64,000 nt of DNA from an uncultured Candidatus Saccharibacteria bacterium (GTDB lineage Bacteria; Patescibacteriota; Minisyncoccia; Phycocordibacterales; JAKFXT01). A program made the position numbers and the translations under genes. The notes below the pieces were generated by a model. That model was not told the DNA's origin and made no database searches. It saw only the letters and a list, made by a program, of their open reading frames with translations. The stretch lies in assembly GCA_964385825.1 (NCBI GenBank), contig CAYLPX010000004.1:4986-68985 (forward strand), read 5' to 3'. Shown in pieces: positions 36,781 to 44,811 of this stretch; position 1 is the first letter of the stretch, and every line of letters starts with the position of its first letter.

Positions 36781-39257
36781 CCAATCTTTGTGCGGATGCG
36801 GCGCTCCTCGTCTCCTTGCGGTACGAGTTCGAACTCAAAGTTCTCATTCAATTTCACGGTGGTTGTTTTTACTTTCACCTGCTCGATACTGCCTTTCATT
36901 GCTGTCATGCGATTGAGCACAGCGTCTTTGTACTCCGTATCTTCGTTACCCGCGAGTTGTTCTCCTTTGCTTTCGATAACGTACACAAACTCGAGTTCGT
37001 CTTTTTCATTTTTTCTTGCAATTACGAAGTCTGGGCGGATCTTGTTTCTTTGCCATCCTTGAATTGAGTACCAACCTTTTTGTGTTTTATTTCGTGCCCA
37101 CCAGATCACATTCGGACTCTGTTCGATGATCTTTGCGACGGTATGTTCGAGTGTGTTCATCGAGGCAATCTCGACGTCTTCATAGAGATTGAAAGAGAAT
37201 GCTGCTTGCACAGTGTTTGCAACAATATCTTTTTGCGGCATTTCGAAGCCGATTACATCATCATCAGACACAACAAGTATGAGAGTGTTACTTTTGACAA
37301 GATCTTCGAAGATCCCTTGTTCTTGTTTTCGTTTATGCTCGAGGAGGTGGCGCTCAAGTTCGCGAGCAACATATCCTGCATTTTGATCAAGGAGTTCTGG
37401 AGAGAACTTTTTGCCGAGAGTATCAGCAGCGATAGCGGCAATCGAGTGTGAGATAAAAGCATTGTCGATTGTTTCTGAAATACGGCGCGTTAGATAGAGT
37501 GTGTCGAACTTGAGTGATGCGAGAGATTCTGTCTGTCGTGCCACGCCCTTACCTTCAAGATCGATCACAATCTCAAGAGGATTTTCGCGTCGTTCTCCGA
37601 TCGTCGGCATGAGATCCTCGAGCCACTTGTTCAAGAGTTTACTAACGTCCCATGAGATCTTCGGCTTGATGTCGATATCGTATGAGAACTTACGATACTT
37701 GCGGGGGCCGTCTTTGATGAGCCATACGGGAAGGAAGAGTGACTCCGGGTATTTCTTACGGATATCTTTTTTGATTGAAACCACCTTCACAGGATTTACG
37801 ACGTTTCCTTGATGGTCGCGTATTTCGATACCCATCGATACATCGCCGAGTCCTTCGTCCTCAAATCCTTTTTTCACATTCTCGACGACTTCCTGCGTGT
37901 GTCCGGTGGCAAAGAAGACATAACTCTCGTCGAGATCTGCGACGCCGGTTTTCTTTGCGTAAGGTTGGCGGAGTACACGGCCAACGAGTTGTGTCATCGA
38001 TGAGTTTGTTCGAGCGTTCGGGATCACTCCGAGAATGTATGCGAATGAACAATCCCAACCTTCTTTGAGTGCTTCTTTCGTAATGATGTAGCGGATCTCG
38101 CTTTCGCGTGAGAGAAGTTTTTGCTGCTTTATTTCATCGATCGAACTCGATTTGACAGCGATCTCATGTTTTGGAACACCGAGATCGATCAAAAGTTCAC
38201 GGACATCTTCACTGTGAACGAGTCCTTGTCCGCGTTGATCTTTGCCCGTGCGCTCGACTTGAATGAGTGCGATCGGACGGATATAGGTGCCGTTATTTTG
38301 CTCAAGTTTCTTTGCCTTCTTTTGGAGATCATCGCGCTTTGTTTTGATTGCACCGATCATAGTGCGCCAATCCCCGGAGTGGATCGGGGGGATGAGGTGC
38401 ATATCAAGTTTGATCATATCCTCGGCCTTCAAGTCCTTTCCGGTAACGGTCGAAAGGATGTTCATACCACGTTTTGGGGTAGCAGAGAGGCCCATGATTG
38501 CCGTTGCGTTGAGGCCGTCGAGAGTAGACCGGGCAATATCCGTCCACATCGTGTGGAACTCGTCCACAATGATAAAAGGGTTGAGTGTGCGTATTACGTT
38601 GCCCAGAGAGGTTTTTACGAGGGTACGATCGAAAAGAGAGTCCTCGGTGCGGTCGAGATTCGGGACAAGTTTCAAAAGTTCGGCATGGAGGTCGTACCTG
38701 TTCTCCGGTGGAAAGAAATCCATATAGCCGCCACTATCTTCGAAGATCTTGTTTGTATCGCGTGTAGCCGACTGGATCATGAGCATGAGGACGACAAGGT
38801 TTTCTTGTACATCTTGCTGCCGGAGTGATTGACCCTTTTCGATGATAAGTGTGCGATTGCCGCTCGCTTGATCGAGGAGTTGTCGGTATGGATGACTTTT
38901 ATTTTGGAGATTCTCGATCGTTTGTCGGTAAATCTGATCGCGGTGTGTAATCCAAACCACAAGCCCGGTGCGTTTCTTTGCGAGAAGGTTTTGATATGAG
39001 CGGATTGCTTCGATAGCGACGAGCGTCTTTCCACCGCCGGTTGGCATTTTGATACACACGCGCGGATAGAGTCCATTAGCACCAGTTTTTGGACGATCTT
39101 GAAACTGTTCGTATTTCCCAACAAAGGCGACGTTGATCGGACTACCGAGCACTGATTGTAGATCCGGACTCGCGGCAAACTTTTGACGCGCAGAATCAAT
39201 GTCGCTGAAGAACGATTCGATATCACGCACTACACGTTGTTGATAGTTCTTGAGCAT
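36777..39257 (-). CDS. res: Type III restriction enzyme Res subunit (SF2 helicase-nuclease)
   Basis: Motif I MPTGGGKT and motif II VDEFH. 826 aa. Immediately downstream of the mod gene. Confidence 0.8.
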   Translation of the reverse strand: MLKNYQQRVVRDIESFFSDIDSARQKFAASPDLQSVLGSPINVAFVGKYEQFQDRPKTGANGLYPRVCIKMPTGGGKTLVAIEAIRSYQNLLAKKRTGLVVWITHRDQIYRQTIENLQNKSHPYRQLLDQASGNRTLIIEKGQSLRQQDVQENLVVLMLMIQSATRDTNKIFEDSGGYMDFFPPENRYDLHAELLKLVPNLDRTEDSLFDRTLVKTSLGNVIRTLNPFIIVDEFHTMWTDIARSTLDGLNATAIMGLSATPKRGMNILSTVTGKDLKAEDMIKLDMHLIPPIHSGDWRTMIGAIKTKRDDLQKKAKKLEQNNGTYIRPIALIQVERTGKDQRGQGLVHSEDVRELLIDLGVPKHEIAVKSSSIDEIKQQKLLSRESEIRYIITKEALKEGWDCSFAYILGVIPNARTNSSMTQLVGRVLRQPYAKKTGVADLDESYVFFATGHTQEVVENVKKGFEDEGLGDVSMGIEIRDHQGNVVNPVKVVSIKKDIRKKYPESLFLPVWLIKDGPRKYRKFSYDIDIKPKISWDVSKLLNKWLEDLMPTIGERRENPLEIVIDLEGKGVARQTESLASLKFDTLYLTRRISETIDNAFISHSIAAIAADTLGKKFSPELLDQNAGYVARELERHLLEHKRKQEQGIFEDLVKSNTLILVVSDDDVIGFEMPQKDIVANTVQAAFSFNLYEDVEIASMNTLEHTVAKIIEQSPNVIWWARNKTQKGWYSIQGWQRNKIRPDFVIARKNEKDELEFVYVIESKGEQLAGNEDTEYKDAVLNRMTAMKGSIEQVKVKTTTVKLNENFEFELVPQGDEERRIRTKIG

Positions 39258-39260
39258 GGT

Positions 39261-40871
39261 TTATGCAGTTCTCTCAAAGAGGTTATAGGGAATGCTCACG
39301 AACTTGATGTTGTATTGCTCGAGCGCTTCATCGTCCAAGAAACATGCCGGGGCATAGACGATCTTTTTCCCGGAATCTTTCTTATGCACTTTCTGTGCCC
39401 AGTCGAGAGTGATCGCTAGTTTTTTCAACTTCTCCGTGTCCTTTTCGTAAATGAGATAGATCGATTCACGATCTGCTGCACCAACGAACGAATCATCTTC
39501 CTTGATCTTTGATTCTGCCGGATGATTTTTGCCGGTTGCTAGGTAGTAGACGTACTTTGCAAACTCTTTGTATGTTGGGAGTTTGCCGGAGAGTATTGTT
39601 TCTGCATCGATTGCGGGGCCAAGTTTTGAGTAAGTGAATCCTGCTTTGTAAGAGTATTTCTTTGCGGCACGGCGAATCCGTTCTGCTGTTATTTCTTGAG
39701 CGTACTCCTCCATTTCAACAAGGATGAACTTCCTATCTCCTTGATCGGCTTTGTTGAGGTCGAGTACAGCGTGTGCTGTTGTTCCTGATCCTGCGAACGA
39801 GTCGAGGATGATTGAATCCTTGTCAGAAACAATCTCAATGAGGTGTCTTACGAGTTCTACCGGCTTCGGGTTGTCGAATATCTCTTGCTCGCCAAACAAA
39901 TCGGCGAGTTCGTCACCTGCTGATTTTGTTGTTCCGGCATCTTCCAAAACTAAAAGGAGTGGCTGTGCCGATTCTGTATCTTTGTCTTCAAAATCATAGA
40001 TCTTTCTTTTCACGACTCCTTCGTCGATAACAAGACGGCCTTTCGCTTCAAGATCTCGAGCGAGATCTTCACCGATCTGCCATCGCTTACCTTCACGAGG
40101 TTTTTGCCCCAAAATCTCAAATCGCATTGATTCTCTCCGGTATGAACCTGCGTTCTTTTTCTCAATGATTGCGAGGCGGTATTTACCCTCTGCATCGCTC
40201 AATGGATAACTGCGAGTTGTTGCGTACCTTACACGCGGCTTGATTCTGCCTTCCGGAGTTTTTGAGTAGCAAAGTGTGTAGTCAGTCAGACTGCTTACTT
40301 GTGCTCCCTCTACGTTTGTTGATGTTGACTTCTTTTTCCACTGAAAATCACCAATAAAGTTTTCTTCTTTGAAAATCTCATCCATCAATGAACGGGCATG
40401 GTGGACTTCGTTCGCATCAATGCTCACAAAAATCAAACCGTCAGATGCAAGCAATTCTCGCAAGAGTTTGAGTCGAGGTGTCATCATGCACAACCATTTA
40501 TCATGTCGTGAAAGATCGTCTTTTCCGACTGCCTTACCGATCCACTCTTGTATAGTTGGGCTGCTTACATTATCGCTGTATACCCACTCCTCGTTTCCAG
40601 TGTTGTAGGGAGGATCGATGTAGATACACTTTATTTTTCCTTGATACTTCGGCAGCAAACTCTTGAGTGCGAGGAGGTTGTCGCCTTCAATGATGAGGTT
40701 CTCGTCGGCATTATCGCCTTTGAGCGAGAGTTTGGCGTCCTTTTCTAGTGTATGATATGGCACCGAAAGGTGGTGGTTCCAGACTGCCGATTTTCCTTTG
40801 AAGTTTAGTGATGCCATATTGTTATTTGTTTTTTGCTTTGTTGATAAATTGTTCAAACTCACTACGCTCAA
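39261..40871 (-). CDS. mod: Type III R-M Mod subunit, N6-adenine (or N4-cytosine) DNA methyltransferase
   Basis: IYIDPPYNTG catalytic motif IV, FAGSGTT AdoMet motif I. 536 aa. Confidence 0.85.
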   Translation of the reverse strand: MSVVSLNNLSTKQKTNNNMASLNFKGKSAVWNHHLSVPYHTLEKDAKLSLKGDNADENLIIEGDNLLALKSLLPKYQGKIKCIYIDPPYNTGNEEWVYSDNVSSPTIQEWIGKAVGKDDLSRHDKWLCMMTPRLKLLRELLASDGLIFVSIDANEVHHARSLMDEIFKEENFIGDFQWKKKSTSTNVEGAQVSSLTDYTLCYSKTPEGRIKPRVRYATTRSYPLSDAEGKYRLAIIEKKNAGSYRRESMRFEILGQKPREGKRWQIGEDLARDLEAKGRLVIDEGVVKRKIYDFEDKDTESAQPLLLVLEDAGTTKSAGDELADLFGEQEIFDNPKPVELVRHLIEIVSDKDSIILDSFAGSGTTAHAVLDLNKADQGDRKFILVEMEEYAQEITAERIRRAAKKYSYKAGFTYSKLGPAIDAETILSGKLPTYKEFAKYVYYLATGKNHPAESKIKEDDSFVGAADRESIYLIYEKDTEKLKKLAITLDWAQKVHKKDSGKKIVYAPACFLDDEALEQYNIKFVSIPYNLFERTA

Positions 40872-41007
40872 TCCGGAACTCTTTGCCGATCTTGAACGCC
40901 TTGAGCCGTTTCGCCTTGATGTATCGGTAGATCGTCATGATGTTCACCGATAACATCTCCGCTAACTCTTTAGCGGTGTAATAGGGTTTGTCATTTTGCA
41001 TGGCCAT
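40822..41007 (-). CDS. excisionase-family / MerR-like HTH DNA-binding protein
   Basis: YYTAKELAEMLSVNIMTIYRYIKAKRLKAFKIGKEFRI. 61 aa. Confidence 0.65.
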   Translation of the reverse strand: MAMQNDKPYYTAKELAEMLSVNIMTIYRYIKAKRLKAFKIGKEFRIERSEFEQFINKAKNK

Positions 41008-41458
41008 TTTGATGTTTCTTGATATCTGCGGGCTTGTACCAAATCACTTTGCCGTTGTCATCGACTGAAAAAATGTGCAGGCATACTGCTACTGCAAACG
41101 CATACGGGATACGACGTATCGCGATATCAGCACTTTTTTTCGGAAGTGCGATACCGAAATAGTAACGTGCCTTCAAACTTTTCATTCGGGTAACTATCTG
41201 CCCGAGGGAATAGACGAAGGCAACCTCAAAACCCGATCGATAACTTGATGCACCTTTTGCTTCTATGAAAAAAGTCCGGCTGTATTGCGAGTTCGTTACC
41301 TTGATGTCGACCCCCGGCATTCGGAGGTCGTCATAGGTAAGGTTCTTGCTCCAACCGAGGTTCGCAAGATGCCGGATCACGGCCCGCTTCACAAACTCCT
41401 CGGATATGATTTTTGCCTTCACAGCCATGCTTTTATGATACTTTACTTTTGTTGACAT
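40991..41458 (-). CDS. PD-(D/E)xK nuclease-fold-like hypothetical protein
   Basis: PGVD...FFIEAKG (D...E-x-K) arrangement. 155 aa. First gene of the overlapping operon with xis, mod and res. Confidence 0.35.
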   Translation of the reverse strand: MSTKVKYHKSMAVKAKIISEEFVKRAVIRHLANLGWSKNLTYDDLRMPGVDIKVTNSQYSRTFFIEAKGASSYRSGFEVAFVYSLGQIVTRMKSLKARYYFGIALPKKSADIAIRRIPYAFAVAVCLHIFSVDDNGKVIWYKPADIKKHQNGHAK

Positions 41459-41496
41459 TACAATCCACAGAGGAGTACAATCAGGATGAAGAAACT

Positions 41497-43359
41497 ATGA
41501 AATACGTCGCTTTCAGTATCAAGAACTACAAAGGCATCGAGAAACTCGAACTCGATCTTTCAGGCAGCCAAAAGATCTTCACTCTAGTCGGACTAAACGA
41601 GAGTGGTAAAACTACCATTCTCGAAGCGTTGGATTTCTTTCAGGGGGATTTTGCAGATGGAGAGGAGCACACGATCATCCCCAAAAGTAAAAAGGGCAAC
41701 TTCAACGATTCTGTGTCAGTAACGGCCACCATTGAGGTTGATGCGGAGGACGAGAAGTCGATCAGGGAGGCAGCAAAGAAAGCAAACTTCAAGATAAAGG
41801 AAGGATACTTCCCGAAGACCATAAAAATCGAAAAGCGTTACGTTTTTGCTAGATCCAGTTTTGATACCACGAAACCCACTTCCTACTGGACGCTTGGAAT
41901 TGTGGGTGTAGATAAAGGAAAGAAGAAGGAGAAAAACGTGGACGGAGAAGCACTGAAGGCCATCATAAAACACATCCGTGAAAATTTACTCCCACCAATC
42001 ATCTACTATCCGAACTTTCTAACAAAGTTTCCACGGAGGATCTATCTTCAAGCGCAACCGAATGAAGATGACGAGCAGAGTTTTTATCGTGAGGTATTGC
42101 AAGATATTCTCGATTCACTCGAACAGGGCCTGAACATCGAGGAGCATATCGTCGCTCGTATCCATAGCACCGCGGAGCAAGATAAGGCATCGCTTGATGT
42201 CGTACTAAACAAGGTGGCCGCGAAGATCACCACGACTGTTTTCAAAGAGTGGGAGGAGTTGTTCGCATCACGGGGTAAAAAGATCGTAATTGAGAAAGGA
42301 AAAGAGAGGATCACTGAAACGGACTACCCCTATATCGATATCAAACTGGAGGAAGGATCTGATGTTTATTTTATTGCGGAGCGAAGTTTGGGATTCACTT
42401 GGTTCTTCTCTTTCCTGCTTTTCACAGAGTTCAGAAAGAACCGAGTGAAAGATCGCGGTGAGATTCTCTTCCTTATCGATGAACCGGCGTCGAACCTCCA
42501 CTCGACGGCGCAGTCAAAGTTACTTGGCACGTTTGATCGTATCGTTTCAAAAAGTAAATTGCTCTACACCACTCATAGCCACCACCTCATCAACTCCGCA
42601 CTACTCGAAGGTGCATACATTGTGAAAAATAAAGCCGTCGACTACGAAGAAACATCACTTGATTTTGATGCGCAGAAAACCGATATCACAGCGACTCCGT
42701 ACAAACAATTTGCGGCCGAGCATCCAGATCAACACACTTATTTTCAGCCGATTCTCGATACCCTTGAGTACCAGCCGAGCAACCTCGAACTAGTGCCAGA
42801 GATAGTAGTCGTGGAAGGAAAAAATGATTTTTACACTTTCAAATACATTCACGATTTCATATTGAGTGAGGAGAGCCGTAGTAAACTCAATCTACATTTT
42901 TATCCCGGAAACGGGGCCGGACAGAACGATCGCGTGATACGCCTATACACCGCATGGGGCAGAAAGTTTGCAGTGCTTATTGACGGAGACAAGGCCGGAC
43001 GAACTGCAAAAGCAAAATACATAGAGGAGATAGGAGTGTTCATGGAGAAGCGATGCCTACCACTGAACGACATCGATACTAAATGGAAGGATCAAAGCAC
43101 AGAAGACTTGTTCACTGATGCGGAGCGATTGAGAATCATAAAAACTGTATTCCCGAAGGAAACGAAATACACGAAAGGCCATTTCAATGAAGCCATTCAG
43201 AGTTTGATCGGGAGCCGGACCGTGGTATCGATAAATGAGGGTACGATCAAGAAGTTTGAAAAGGTATTCGCAAAAGCGCGAGAGGCACTTGATGTGGTCG
43301 ATCATGTGGCTCAAACAGTGGAGAAATCAGGGAACGCTTCCCAAGCGCCCACTGTATGA
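41497..43359 (+). CDS. OLD-family ATP-dependent endonuclease (ABC-type ATPase fused to Toprim), class-1-like
   Basis: Walker A GLNESGKTT, ABC signature/Walker B region ILFLIDEPASNLH, C-terminal Toprim (IVVVEGKNDF...LIDGDKAG). Transcribed divergently from the R-M operon. Confidence 0.7.
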   Translation: MKYVAFSIKNYKGIEKLELDLSGSQKIFTLVGLNESGKTTILEALDFFQGDFADGEEHTIIPKSKKGNFNDSVSVTATIEVDAEDEKSIREAAKKANFKIKEGYFPKTIKIEKRYVFARSSFDTTKPTSYWTLGIVGVDKGKKKEKNVDGEALKAIIKHIRENLLPPIIYYPNFLTKFPRRIYLQAQPNEDDEQSFYREVLQDILDSLEQGLNIEEHIVARIHSTAEQDKASLDVVLNKVAAKITTTVFKEWEELFASRGKKIVIEKGKERITETDYPYIDIKLEEGSDVYFIAERSLGFTWFFSFLLFTEFRKNRVKDRGEILFLIDEPASNLHSTAQSKLLGTFDRIVSKSKLLYTTHSHHLINSALLEGAYIVKNKAVDYEETSLDFDAQKTDITATPYKQFAAEHPDQHTYFQPILDTLEYQPSNLELVPEIVVVEGKNDFYTFKYIHDFILSEESRSKLNLHFYPGNGAGQNDRVIRLYTAWGRKFAVLIDGDKAGRTAKAKYIEEIGVFMEKRCLPLNDIDTKWKDQSTEDLFTDAERLRIIKTVFPKETKYTKGHFNEAIQSLIGSRTVVSINEGTIKKFEKVFAKAREALDVVDHVAQTVEKSGNASQAPTV

Positions 43360-43417
43360 AAGTAAGTTCTAACAGCATCTAACTCTCGCCGCAAAGTCTT
43401 GAGTGAAGCAAAAGCTT

Positions 43418-43466
43418 TGCGGAGACGAGGGATATGCATAAGCATATTCCGTGTGGGATTCGAAAG
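43418..43466 (-). pseudogene. fragment of tRNA-Ser 3' half (T-loop, T-stem and acceptor) with a 23-25 nt hairpin insertion, inverted relative to the intact tRNA-Ser
   Basis: Minus strand is TTCGAATCCCAC[ACGGAATATGCTTATGCATATCCCT]CGTCTCCGCAAAG. Two exact 12-nt matches to tRNA-Ser (TTCGAATCCCAC and CGTCTCCGCAAA) are in the correct order. The insertion contains the inverted repeat ATATGC-TTAT-GCATAT. Confidence 0.6.
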
Positions 43467-43562
43467 ACGGAGCTCGCAAAGGCGAGCGAGTCGGGGTCGC
43501 GGAAAATTTCACCGGAAATTTATCTGTGACCGACCCCCCCATCGTCCCCACCCGCCACACAA

Positions 43563-43593
43563 CCCCTCTTTTTTTATATACTGTAGCCATGAA
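43563..43593 (+). repeat. 31-bp perfect direct repeat, copy 1 (contains the start codon of 43589..43981)
   Basis: CCCCTCTTTTTTTATATACTGTAGCCATGAA is identical to 43995-44025. Confidence 0.9.
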
Positions 43594-43981
43594 ACTTACA
43601 CTTAATAAAAAGACACCGGTAAAAATTGCAACTTTTAAAAGAATTAAAACACTTTCTAAGCCAACAAAATCTTACATGCTGGGGACTATTTCTCTGTCAC
43701 CCGCAAAGATTATAGAAAACTTTGGCAAACCAACCTCATTGTTACCAGATACTTTCGGTGAGTTTATTTTTCTTTCCTCTGACAAAAAAACTATTTTCAC
43801 GATTTATGATTATAAAAGCAAAGAAGTGAACAAGCCCTCATCAAACCCCTGGACTAAAACACGGTCTCAAGAATTCTATTTTGGAGGAAAGAAAACATCA
43901 AAAACTGCAGTCAATATAGAAGCTTTTGTAAGTTTTTTAGCCTCACTTAGTATAAAAGCAACTGTCAAAACTAATTTTTAA
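43589..43981 (+). CDS. hypothetical protein (130 aa), flanked by the 31-bp direct repeats
   Basis: Lys-rich. No motif recognised. Confidence 0.4.
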   Translation: MKLTLNKKTPVKIATFKRIKTLSKPTKSYMLGTISLSPAKIIENFGKPTSLLPDTFGEFIFLSSDKKTIFTIYDYKSKEVNKPSSNPWTKTRSQEFYFGGKKTSKTAVNIEAFVSFLASLSIKATVKTNF

Positions 43982-43994
43982 CTAGGCGACAGTT

Positions 43995-44025
43995 CCCCTC
44001 TTTTTTTATATACTGTAGCCATGAA
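43995..44025 (+). repeat. 31-bp perfect direct repeat, copy 2 (contains the start codon of 44021..44266)
   Basis: Identical to 43563-43593. Confidence 0.9.
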
Positions 44026-44266
44026 GCCCGCTCTCTCGTTTAGCTTTGGCCTTGTACTTACCCTCCTTTTTGCAGGGGCTTTTTACTTCTATTTCAAAAC
44101 CCCCTCTCCTATTATTCCCGAGCAAATCACCGAAACATTGTTAAACCAAGTAGCGCCCACCACAACCTCAACCACAGTCTCTACTCCTTCAAAGGAAGAT
44201 TCCACTTCTACCGCCACCTCAACAGCAACTAGCACCAAAGCAACTACTACTAAAAAAACTAACTAA
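44021..44266 (+). CDS. small membrane protein with a Thr/Ser-rich tail
   Basis: TM helix, then TTSTTVSTPSKEDSTSTATSTATSTKATTTKK. Confidence 0.4.
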   Translation: MKPALSFSFGLVLTLLFAGAFYFYFKTPSPIIPEQITETLLNQVAPTTTSTTVSTPSKEDSTSTATSTATSTKATTTKKTN

Positions 44267-44271
44267 CCACT

Positions 44272-44802
44272 ATGGTAGACAATCCACGAATTTTTATTGT
44301 GATGATAATTGCGATTATCCTTGGTCTAAGCGGTCTACTGTTTGCTGGACGAACATACTTTAGTTTAGTTACAGAAAACAACTCATTTTCACTCTCACTT
44401 AAAGACGGGTTACCTAAAACCAAAAGTACAACCCCGATCTATAGTGGAACCAACCAGACAAACAATGGTGAAACGAGTTCTGTAAGTAAGCCTCCTACAA
44501 ACAATACCGTTACTCCAACAACCAAAGCTGACCTACTCATTACCTATACTGACAAAGGATTTACTCCTCAGCGCTCAACTATAAAAGCAGGGCAGATTGT
44601 TCGTTTTCTCAATCTTAATTCTAGTAAATCACTCTGGGTTGCCGCCGCCTCAGGTCCTTCTGGATTCCCGCTCACTGAATTTAATGAGGGACGCTCTATT
44701 GGTAACTATGGTACGTATGATTACACCTTTAGTAAACGCGGAACTTACGTCTATTACAATGTTAATTTTAAAAATGATGTTGGACTCATTGCAGTAGAAT
44801 AA
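44272..44802 (+). CDS. hypothetical secreted protein (beta-rich, cupredoxin-like C-terminal domain)
   Basis: N-terminal TM helix and a Thr/Asn-rich linker. No metal ligands recognised. Confidence 0.35.
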   Translation: MVDNPRIFIVMIIAIILGLSGLLFAGRTYFSLVTENNSFSLSLKDGLPKTKSTTPIYSGTNQTNNGETSSVSKPPTNNTVTPTTKADLLITYTDKGFTPQRSTIKAGQIVRFLNLNSSKSLWVAAASGPSGFPLTEFNEGRSIGNYGTYDYTFSKRGTYVYYNVNFKNDVGLIAVE

Positions 44803-44811
44803 CTCTATACC

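Larger units (their letters stand above)
32546..43466. mobile_element. integrative island 2 (~11 kb) at the tRNA-Ser 3' end. It carries a serine recombinase, an RHH regulator, a Type III R-M system, an Xis-like HTH, a PD-(D/E)xK-like protein and an OLD-family nuclease.
   Basis: The recombinase is homologous to that of island 1 and its ORF reads into the tRNA-Ser 3' end. GC content is visibly higher than in flanking DNA. The right end coincides with an inverted, insertion-bearing copy of the tRNA-Ser 3' end at 43418-43466. The right boundary is less certain than the left. Confidence 0.55.

Noticed and set aside
36790-39226. Numerous 60-240-aa ORFs on the plus strand inside res/mod, and similar ones inside ligA, pilB, copA and recG
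   Set aside because: They are antisense or alternative-frame shadows within long, well-supported genes.
43563-44025. Possible CRISPR array (identical 31-bp repeats)
   Set aside because: Only two copies. The 'spacer' is a 400-bp protein-coding gene. The repeats contain start codons. There are no cas genes.
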